From a virus (Duplodnaviria > Caudoviricetes), in IMG/VR virus record IMGVR_UViG_3300037067_009225, positions 32,001 through 96,000 of that record: a stretch of 64,000 bases of DNA; one strand, 5' to 3'. Shown here in pieces: positions 56,732-64,000 of the stretch (position 1 is its first letter; each line of letters opens with the position of its first letter). The position numbers were made by a program, and so were the translations under genes. The notes beneath the pieces are model-generated. The model had not been told where the DNA came from. It worked only from the letters and a program-made list of their open reading frames with translations, and did no database searches.

Positions 56732-59035
56732 ATGAGTTTATTAAAAAAAATAATATTATTTTTAATTGAATTAATAGAAAAATTTGAATATAGAAATCAA
56801 AAAAATTTATATAATCAAGAAACTGAATTAAATAAAATATTAAATATATTACCCATATCTGATATCACAATTAAAACAGATTATGGATATGTACCTATAT
56901 CAGAAATAAATTTAACTAAACCATATCAAATTTATAAAGTAGAATTAGAAAATGGAGATTTATTAGAATGTGCAGATACACACATTATTTTCACAAAAAA
57001 TCATGAGGCAAAATTTGTAAAAGATTTGACTCTTAATGATTATGTTTTATGTAAAGAAAATTTTATTGATGGTATAAAAGTTAAGAACATTAAAAAAATT
57101 AATCATAAAGTATCTATGTTTGATTTAACTATAAACACACCTGAAATGAGTTATTATTCAAATAATATACTTTCTCATAACACAGTTTCGGCTGCTATTG
57201 TTATATTACATTTTTGTCTTTTTAATGACGATAAGAACGTAATGGTTGTAGCTAACAAAGGAACAACTGTTATTGAAATTGTTGAAAAAATAAAAAGTAT
57301 TTATAAATTATTACCATTTTTCTTAAAAAAGGGTGTTATAAACTGGAATCAAAAAGCTATTACTTTTGATAATGGTTGTTCAATAAAAACAGAAAAAAGA
57401 ACTAAAGAACCAGCAATCGGTTTTACGATTGACATGCTTTACCTTGATGAGTTTGCAAAAATTCCTAATAATATAATTAGACCATATTATACTTCTGTTG
57501 TTCCTGTTGTTTCTTCTATTAAAAATTCAAAAATTATTATTACATCAACACCTGATGGCTATAATTTATTTCACGAATTATTAACTAATGCAGAAAGACC
57601 TAAAGGTGATCCATTGAAGAATCCTTATAAAGCAATGAGAGTTTATTGGTGGCAAATACCTGGGCGTAGAGATACAAAGATATATTTTAATGAACAAAAA
57701 CTTAAAAAATATAATGTTACAAAAAATGATATTTTAAAATATTTTAAAGATGCACAAGGATATGAAATTTATAAAGCACAAGAAGATGAAGAAGTTGTAT
57801 ATAAAATAAAATTTGATTCAGATTTAGATAAAACAACAATAAATTTCATTAGACAAATTAGGTATAATAATATACCTTTACCTGAATTATGTTTAATAAC
57901 TAATTGGCAAGAACAAGAAACCAAACTTATTGGTGGTGAAGACGCATTCAAACAAGAATATGATTTACAATTTATAGCTGGTAATAAACTCTTATTTGAT
58001 AATGTAGCTTTAGAAAAGATTAAAATGGGTGAAGAAGTTTTTGATTATCAAGAAATTGATATTATAACAAAAAATTTTAAATTACCTTATACTGATTTAC
58101 AATTTATTCAAAATAGACCAGATTTATTTGATATAAATAAAGTAAAAGATTATACAATTTTATATGGTATAGATTTGAGTGAAGGTTTAAGTCAAGACCA
58201 TTCAATTATAAATATTTTTAGATTATTACCAAAAGAAAAAGAGGTTATTGAAAAAAATAAACATAAATTTACAGATATTTATGATTATTTTAAATTAGAA
58301 CAAATCGGTATATTTAGAAATAATATTTATTCTTTAAATGAAGTTGCATTTTTATTTTATTTGATAGCTTTTGAATTTTTTGATCCTGAAAAATCAAAAG
58401 CGGTTTTAGAATTAAACACATATGGTGGTGAGTTTTTAGCACATTTACCAAACGTATTAAACCAAATAAATAATTATTCAAATTCTATATTTTTTAGATT
58501 TATACATAAAATTGGAGATAGTATTAAAAAGATAGGTTTAAAAATAACTGGTGGTAACGATGGAAAAAAATTATTGGTAAAAGATTATCAAACTGCAGTT
58601 AAAAAAGGTAGTATAATAATTCATAATGATGTCAATATTAAAGAATTATTTGTTTTTACTAAAAAAGAAACACCTAATGGTAGTGTTACATATCAAAGCG
58701 AAAGTGGTCATGATGATTGTGTTATGTCTGTAATAAACTTATCAGCATGTTTAAATACAACACAATATAAAGATATTATTGATACTTATATGCAACATTA
58801 TTTAGACGTAGAAACAAGAAGTTTAATAGAATCTTATATAAATGTATATAATGAAGGTTTAAGTACACCAAATATTGAATCTTTTTCAAGTGGATATAAA
58901 AGAGTATATGGAAATAATAACCAGACATCAGGTTATCCTATAAGAAAACCTAATCCTTTTGGTGGTAATAGATTTCCAAATCAAAATGGTGGTATGTTTA
59001 AACCACCTATTAAAAAATCACCTTTTGGTAATTAA
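56732..59035 (+). CDS. terL: C-intein (150 aa) + terminase large subunit C-extein (617 aa)
   Basis: SHN/T junction at 57181/57182; Walker B LYLDEFA; ITSTP; F.QEY; nuclease GIDLSEG and HDDCVM. Confidence 0.92.
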   Translation: MSLLKKIILFLIELIEKFEYRNQKNLYNQETELNKILNILPISDITIKTDYGYVPISEINLTKPYQIYKVELENGDLLECADTHIIFTKNHEAKFVKDLTLNDYVLCKENFIDGIKVKNIKKINHKVSMFDLTINTPEMSYYSNNILSHNTVSAAIVILHFCLFNDDKNVMVVANKGTTVIEIVEKIKSIYKLLPFFLKKGVINWNQKAITFDNGCSIKTEKRTKEPAIGFTIDMLYLDEFAKIPNNIIRPYYTSVVPVVSSIKNSKIIITSTPDGYNLFHELLTNAERPKGDPLKNPYKAMRVYWWQIPGRRDTKIYFNEQKLKKYNVTKNDILKYFKDAQGYEIYKAQEDEEVVYKIKFDSDLDKTTINFIRQIRYNNIPLPELCLITNWQEQETKLIGGEDAFKQEYDLQFIAGNKLLFDNVALEKIKMGEEVFDYQEIDIITKNFKLPYTDLQFIQNRPDLFDINKVKDYTILYGIDLSEGLSQDHSIINIFRLLPKEKEVIEKNKHKFTDIYDYFKLEQIGIFRNNIYSLNEVAFLFYLIAFEFFDPEKSKAVLELNTYGGEFLAHLPNVLNQINNYSNSIFFRFIHKIGDSIKKIGLKITGGNDGKKLLVKDYQTAVKKGSIIIHNDVNIKELFVFTKKETPNGSVTYQSESGHDDCVMSVINLSACLNTTQYKDIIDTYMQHYLDVETRSLIESYINVYNEGLSTPNIESFSSGYKRVYGNNNQTSGYPIRKPNPFGGNRFPNQNGGMFKPPIKKSPFGN

Positions 59036-59917
59036 TTTTGCTAATAATTTATAAATATCATTTTTTGTTTCATGCCATAAATCTTCATTGATACGAATAA
59101 ATGTACATTTATATTTATTTTCAATATATTTTTGTCTTTCTAAATCTTTAGAAATTTTATTTTTATGATATTTTTCATCATATTCAATTATTATATTATG
59201 AGATTCGATATAACCATCAACAAAATATCTTTCAAATTTCTTTTCTCCACCATTTAAAGCATGTTGAATGTTAACATTAAAATGTTTGGATATTTCGTTA
59301 AATATATCAATAGATTTAATATTAAAATTAGGAACTATATGAAAAAAAGCTTCGCCTTTATTTTTTATACATGTTTCAATTGCTTTATTTAAAATATTAA
59401 TATTTTGTAATGGATATTTACAACCATTATTTTTTAAGCAAGTTTGTTCTCTTTTATATATAACTTCTTTATCTTGTAATGCATATTCTACATTCCTTCT
59501 TTTAAGATTCGTTTTTTTCATTTTTTCTTTTACTATTTCACATTGCGCTGGATATTCAACATTATAATTATTTAAACTTGTTTGTATCTTTTTTTCTTTA
59601 ATAAAATCTAATTTAGAAACATTTGTTGTGTTGTATTTTTCTAAAATAGTATTATCTCTTTTTATTTTACAACAATCTTTACAATAATATTTTTCTGTTA
59701 ATTCATTAGTAAATAAATAATAATCTTTAAAAACAACATATTTTTCTTTATGACATTCATCACATTTACATTTTATTTTAATATGAGAACCTTTACTAAT
59801 ATGTTTTACGTTTATTTCAAAAAAATTATTATATTTAGTAAAAATATAACCTAAATTTTCATAATGTTTTCTATTATTTACATGCCATCTTATTAAAATT
59901 TTATTATCAACTATCAT
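59018..59917 (-). CDS. Putative homing endonuclease (Zn-ribbon + KY repeats + PD-(D/E)xK)
   Basis: KGSH.KI.C.CD.C; T..EKY repeats; FVDGY......IEYDE.YH. Confidence 0.8.
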   Translation of the reverse strand: MIVDNKILIRWHVNNRKHYENLGYIFTKYNNFFEINVKHISKGSHIKIKCKCDECHKEKYVVFKDYYLFTNELTEKYYCKDCCKIKRDNTILEKYNTTNVSKLDFIKEKKIQTSLNNYNVEYPAQCEIVKEKMKKTNLKRRNVEYALQDKEVIYKREQTCLKNNGCKYPLQNINILNKAIETCIKNKGEAFFHIVPNFNIKSIDIFNEISKHFNVNIQHALNGGEKKFERYFVDGYIESHNIIIEYDEKYHKNKISKDLERQKYIENKYKCTFIRINEDLWHETKNDIYKLLAKLITKR

Positions 59918-59993
59918 TTTTACTTTTTTATATTTAAAAAAATAAACTTTGTTGATTTTTTGTTATATAATTAATTAAACAAAAAATATATTT

Positions 59994-60815
59994 ATGTCTA
60001 CTAAAAGAGAACTTAAAAAATTAGATTTTTCTTTTTCTAAAGAACAATTACAAAAATTTATTGATAAATTATCAGATTTATCAGCCATTGATGATTATAT
60101 TGTATTTAAAATAGATAAGAAAAACTTTTTAATATATACGGTGGCATCTGATCCAAGTGATAAAAATAATAGAACCATATTAGCTTTTAAAAGTTATACA
60201 TTTGATTTATCTGAAATAATTAATATTAAAAATGATTTGGATGAACAAATAGTTTATATTTTAAAAGATACTAAAAAAACATTAAGAAATATTAGAAATT
60301 TTATAGAATTTGATGAGATTATTACATGTAGTATAACATATGATTCTATTAATGATATAAATTTTGGTGATTGTTTTAAATTAAAAAATAGTAAATTAAG
60401 ATTAAATTTTCAAGGTGGATCACCAAGAGATTCTAACATAAAAATAAGCACTAATGCTATAAAAGAAAAATCTACACCAGAATTAATGTTGTTTGATTTT
60501 AATATAACTAAAGAAGATTTTGATAAAGCTAAAAAATTAGCATTAATTGAAGTAGAAAATGATGTTATATACTTTGTTGTACATGATAAAGAATTAAGTA
60601 TTGCAGAAAATCGTTGGGCCTTAAAATTATGTGATTTTACATATAAAGATAAAAGTGATGTAGATTTAGATATAAATATTTGTATACCTAAAAGATTTTT
60701 CAAAACAGCAACTTGTGATGATAAAGGTTTAAATGTAAAAATATTTCAAACTCACATAATAATGGATAATGAAAAATCAAGCTTAATGATATCAAGACAA
60801 ATATCATTAAATTAA
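59994..60815 (+). CDS. Possible DNA polymerase sliding clamp (gp45-like)
   Basis: Size and N-terminal F...L.DLSAID..I.F pattern resemble gp45; weak evidence. Confidence 0.4.
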   Translation: MSTKRELKKLDFSFSKEQLQKFIDKLSDLSAIDDYIVFKIDKKNFLIYTVASDPSDKNNRTILAFKSYTFDLSEIINIKNDLDEQIVYILKDTKKTLRNIRNFIEFDEIITCSITYDSINDINFGDCFKLKNSKLRLNFQGGSPRDSNIKISTNAIKEKSTPELMLFDFNITKEDFDKAKKLALIEVENDVIYFVVHDKELSIAENRWALKLCDFTYKDKSDVDLDINICIPKRFFKTATCDDKGLNVKIFQTHIIMDNEKSSLMISRQISLN

Positions 60816-60835
60816 AAAAAAAATAAAATAAAAAT

Positions 60836-61483
60836 ATGAAAAAAATAATAGAATTAATTAATAGTGAACATATTCATTTTAGAGATGAAAATATTATAGT
60901 TGATGAAAACGATAAAGAAATAATAAAAGATAAAATATCTTTACCATTAAGAAGTTTTGATGTTCAAAATATTGAAAAATCTGGTTTAATTTTAGATATA
61001 ACATTACAAAATATGTTTTATGGTGAAATAAAAACAAAAATATATAATATAGTATTAAAACATATTTTCAATTCTAATAATATTAAAAAAATTGATGGTT
61101 CTTTGTCATATAAAAGCGATTCAGAATTATATAAATTATTAAACAACAATAACGATTATACATTAGTTTCTAACGTTCAAGTAGGAACAGTTATTAGTGA
61201 TATGTCTATTTATAATTATATTAATATTAAAAATATAACCACAAATGGTCATATGTATGAATATGGTAATATTTATGATAATGCTATTTGTATTGATCCT
61301 TATATGAGATGGGATGATAATAGAATGGCTATGGTGTTTAATAAATTTTTTAATTTTAAAATTGATTCTTTAGTAGATTTAAAATATATTGATACATTTA
61401 CACCTGCACTTGATGCTGATATATATATCAAATTTAATGATGTTATTGTAGATTTATATCAAGTAGAAAATATACAAATTTAA
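60836..61483 (+). CDS. Hypothetical protein, possible truncated major-capsid (gp23-like) paralog
   Basis: YG.I....I.IDPYM.WDDNR motif resembles the gp23 G.L.G..VY.DPY segment. Confidence 0.4.
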   Translation: MKKIIELINSEHIHFRDENIIVDENDKEIIKDKISLPLRSFDVQNIEKSGLILDITLQNMFYGEIKTKIYNIVLKHIFNSNNIKKIDGSLSYKSDSELYKLLNNNNDYTLVSNVQVGTVISDMSIYNYINIKNITTNGHMYEYGNIYDNAICIDPYMRWDDNRMAMVFNKFFNFKIDSLVDLKYIDTFTPALDADIYIKFNDVIVDLYQVENIQI

Positions 61484-61489
61484 ATAAAA

Positions 61490-61933
61490 ATGAGAAATTG
61501 GGATAAAAAATATTTTGAATTAGCTGAATATATTTCTACTTGGAGTAAAGATAGAAGTACGAAAATTGGTGCTATTATTGTAAAAAACAATGATGTAATT
61601 TCTACAGGTTTTAATGGATTTCCAATAGGTGCAAATGATGATGTAGAAGAAAGACATCAAAGACCATTAAAATATTCTTGGACAGAGCATTCTGAAAGGA
61701 ATGCTATATATAGTGCTGCTAAACATGGAAAATCTACAAACGGTTGTACTATATATGTTAAATGGTTTCCTTGTGCTGATTGTGCAAGAGCTATAATACA
61801 ATCTGGAATAATAAGATTAGTTTGTAACAGACCTGATTTTAATCATGAACGTTGGGGTGAAAGTTTTAAAATTGCACATGAAATGTTAACAGAATGTAAT
61901 ATTAAAATAGATTACATAGAAGATTTAATTTAA
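61490..61933 (+). CDS. dCMP deaminase
   Basis: SKD.STKIGA, GFNG, HSERNA and PCADCA motifs. Confidence 0.93.
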   Translation: MRNWDKKYFELAEYISTWSKDRSTKIGAIIVKNNDVISTGFNGFPIGANDDVEERHQRPLKYSWTEHSERNAIYSAAKHGKSTNGCTIYVKWFPCADCARAIIQSGIIRLVCNRPDFNHERWGESFKIAHEMLTECNIKIDYIEDLI

Positions 61934-61951
61934 AAAACAAAATATAAAATT

Positions 61952-62233
61952 ATGGAAAAACCTGAAGTGTTTATTTGTGAATGTTATAATACAGAACATC
62001 AAATCATAGTTAATTATGATGAAGAAGATAATATAACATTTTTTACTATTCATTTAACAACATGGAGAAATCCATTTAAAAGATTATGGAAAGCTATAAA
62101 ATATGTTTTTGGCTATAAATGCAGATATGGACATTTTGATGAGTTTATTTTAAATCCAAAAGATGTTAAAAGATTAAAAGAACATCTGAATAAATTGGAT
62201 GAAACTAAACCATATAGAGAAGATTATAAATAA
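61952..62233 (+). CDS. Hypothetical phage protein
   Basis: FICEC...EH; RLW.AIKYVFG. Confidence 0.75.
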   Translation: MEKPEVFICECYNTEHQIIVNYDEEDNITFFTIHLTTWRNPFKRLWKAIKYVFGYKCRYGHFDEFILNPKDVKRLKEHLNKLDETKPYREDYK

Positions 62234-62256
62234 CCCACAAAATTGTGGGTTTTTTG
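62232..62256 (+). terminator. Intrinsic terminator
   Basis: AACCCACAA-AA-TTGTGGGTT followed by a T-tract. Confidence 0.75.
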
Positions 62257-62308
62257 TTTAAAAATTAAAATAAAAATTTTATATATAATAAAAAATAAAA
62301 ATTTTAAT

Positions 62309-62902
62309 ATGAAACACATTAAATCTTTTGATAAATTATACGAATCTCTTATAGAAGATAAAGCTAAAGAGTATACTGATGAAAATTGTATATTAATTGG
62401 TTCTAATCAATCTACTTGGTCTTGGGAATATGATATTGATAATGTATATGCTTTTTTATTTATGAATAAAGAAAATGGTGATTTAACATTAAAATTTTTA
62501 AAAGAACATATTAAAACTGGTATTGGTGCTGGCACAAGAAAAAATATTATTGAAATAGCTTCTGTTGGTACTATTACAAAACCAGCTAAAGCTGAAATAA
62601 TTTCTTTATTAAAAAAACATGGTCATGAGAAATCAAGAGCAGGTTATAACTTTAAAAGAGATGGTTGGTCATTATTTGGTTCAGATGAAGGAAATTTAAC
62701 TTTAAATGAAATATTAACTAATGAAAAAGTTTTAAGAATTGCTAAAATTAAGAGTATACTTAATGACGATGAAACAATAGAAGAAAAACCTACATCTAAA
62801 TATAATCCAGAAAGAAACGCTAAATTATCAGCAATTCACAAGAAATTATACATGTTAAGTGATGATGAAATAGATATTTTATATAATAAAATTAATAGAT
62901 AA
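62309..62902 (+). CDS. Hypothetical protein with CTS-like leader (MKHIKSFDKLYES) and internal RxxK motif (LRIAKIKSIL)
   Basis: Start moved downstream of the terminator and promoter. Confidence 0.7.
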   Translation: MKHIKSFDKLYESLIEDKAKEYTDENCILIGSNQSTWSWEYDIDNVYAFLFMNKENGDLTLKFLKEHIKTGIGAGTRKNIIEIASVGTITKPAKAEIISLLKKHGHEKSRAGYNFKRDGWSLFGSDEGNLTLNEILTNEKVLRIAKIKSILNDDETIEEKPTSKYNPERNAKLSAIHKKLYMLSDDEIDILYNKINR

Positions 62903-62905
62903 AAG

Positions 62906-62933
62906 AAAAGGGAAATTTTTTAATTTCCCTTTT
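62906..62933. terminator. Bidirectional intrinsic terminator
   Basis: AAAAGGGAAATT....AATTTCCCTTTT between convergent genes. Confidence 0.75.
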
Positions 62934-63361
62934 TATTTTTTATAAAGTTGGTTTTTTAATTCATTAAAGCAAACATTACCCCAATATTTTTCAAATCTAC
63001 AAGATTTTAATTCATGTGGATGATAAAAACTAATATATTCTTCATCAAAACCTTTTTTTCTCATATCTTTTAAAATTTTAACAAATTCTTTATTATTTAA
63101 AAGATAATGTTTATATTCATGTGCAACAACTTCACATAAATTTTTATAACTATTTATATTTTCTAAAAAAACACTAATAAAATTTTTTTTATAATCATAA
63201 CAACCATACAATCCATTTTTACCATAAGATAAACCTTTTGAGTTGCATACTCTCAATTTAGGCATTTTTTTAACAAATTCAGATTTACCGAATTTGTTAA
63301 TACACCATTCTAAAATAATCTCAACCTTTTCTCTACTAATATTTTTTTCTACCAGATTCAT
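62933..63361 (-). CDS. Zincin-type (HExxH) metalloprotease-like protein
   Basis: G.Y......I.V...VVAHEYKHY...HPHE. Confidence 0.7.
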   Translation of the reverse strand: MNLVEKNISREKVEIILEWCINKFGKSEFVKKMPKLRVCNSKGLSYGKNGLYGCYDYKKNFISVFLENINSYKNLCEVVAHEYKHYLLNNKEFVKILKDMRKKGFDEEYISFYHPHELKSCRFEKYWGNVCFNELKNQLYKK

Positions 63362-63471
63362 TTTTGATTATTTTAATTATTATACAAATTTAAAGAAAAA
63401 TATTAAGAAAAAAAAATATTTTTAAATAAATTTAGATATTTATGAATAAATAATGATTATTTATTCACATT

Positions 63472-64000
63472 TTACTGTTTATTTATGTTTAAAATATTAT
63501 TAAATTCCTTTAATAATTCTGAATTATCGTTTATTTTAGATAAAATTAACTCATCTACATCAAAAAAATCACTTATTCTATCATCTTCAGGCTCTTTTAC
63601 ATCTTCTTCACAAATCAAAGATTGGATGTTATAATTAGATATTTTTATTTTAAATTCCATATTATCCATTAAATCTTTATTAACTACCATATCTACAACA
63701 TTATTTTGAAAATATGTTTCATCAAAATTTTTTAATTCTTCTATATTATTAATATGTAATGTTACAAATTTGAAATTTGTTTTGTTTAAAATGAATTTAT
63801 CATTATTACTATTAATATCCAATACAAAAAAACCTTTATTTTTAGTGTTTGGTTCAATTTGATATGGTGTGCCAACTGAAACAATATTATTTTCTACATA
63901 ATTATCTTTTGAATATCCAGAATATATTTTTTTATATTTTAATAAATAGTTTTTATCAATATTACTCATATTATTAGATGTGAATATATAATCTATATTT
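63472..64000 (-). CDS. Partial gp47/SbcD-like nuclease (C-terminal part; open to the window edge)
   Basis: IYSGY...NIVSVGTPYQ...KGFFVLD; frame open to position 64000; the usual GHxH motif appears degenerate. Confidence 0.55.
   Translation of the reverse strand, partial: NIDYIFTSNNMSNIDKNYLLKYKKIYSGYSKDNYVENNIVSVGTPYQIEPNTKNKGFFVLDINSNNDKFILNKTNFKFVTLHINNIEELKNFDETYFQNNVVDMVVNKDLMDNMEFKIKISNYNIQSLICEEDVKEPEDDRISDFFDVDELILSKINDNSELLKEFNNILNINKQ

Larger units (their letters stand above)
55632..57181 (+). mobile_element. Naturally split intein in TerL with an intervening free-standing endonuclease
   Basis: IntN 55632-55787; IntC 56732-57181 with block B (ECADTH), F (MFDLTI) and G (YYSNNILSHN); +1 Thr. 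Confidence 0.88.
1..64000. other. Jumbo/T4-like bacteriophage genome segment, probable Bacteroidota host
   Basis: T4 gp17-like terminase, gp25-like baseplate protein, giant fibre, dense small ORFs, homing endonucleases and phage-borne rpsU; TAnnTTTG boxes upstream of genes; A-rich leaders without SD. Confidence 0.9.

Noticed and set aside
308-63425. Many short antisense or overlapping ORFs in the track (e.g. 308, 2560, 3323, 3430, 9024, 13830, 16297, 20838, 43270, 44460, 60410)
   Set aside because: They overlap better-supported genes and have F/L/I-rich compositions typical of the reverse strand of A-rich coding DNA.
1-64000. Genome-wide stop-codon reassignment (TAG=Gln), as in some Bacteroidota phages
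   Set aside because: Long genes (2417, 767 and 570 aa) are intact in the standard code; only one convincing in-frame TAG was seen.
1-64000. tRNA, rRNA or riboswitch genes
   Set aside because: No GC-rich cloverleaf or recognisable RNA family motif was seen in the short intergenic regions.

Overview
This is a 64-kb segment of a very AT-rich, T4-like (myovirus-type) jumbo bacteriophage genome in the standard genetic code. The host is most likely Bacteroidota: TAnnTTTG promoter boxes precede many genes, Shine-Dalgarno sites are almost absent, and bS21, ClpP and thioredoxin look Bacteroidota-type. Recognisable genes include a terminase large subunit, gp25-like baseplate protein, a 2417-aa fibre/adhesin, a probable sliding clamp, dCMP deaminase, Dam, RtcB, Rnl1-type RNA ligase, PncB, macrodomain, Nudix, HD hydrolase, ClpP, M16 peptidase, a VWA/MoxR pair, rpsU and five free-standing homing endonucleases. 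Three things stand out. (1) About 35 otherwise unrelated small proteins, mostly in putative early operons, end in the same short motif R-x-x-K-[ILM]-x-x-[IL], which looks like a shared C-terminal tag or addressing system. (2) Eight putative late genes, two with ADP-ribosyltransferase folds, carry an N-terminal leader resembling the T4 capsid-targeting sequence. (3) The terminase is split into two genes by an atypically split intein inserted inside the Walker A motif (GK/T), with a GIY-YIG endonuclease between the halves. No tRNA, rRNA or CRISPR array was seen. All annotations come from motif recognition by eye; no searches were run.
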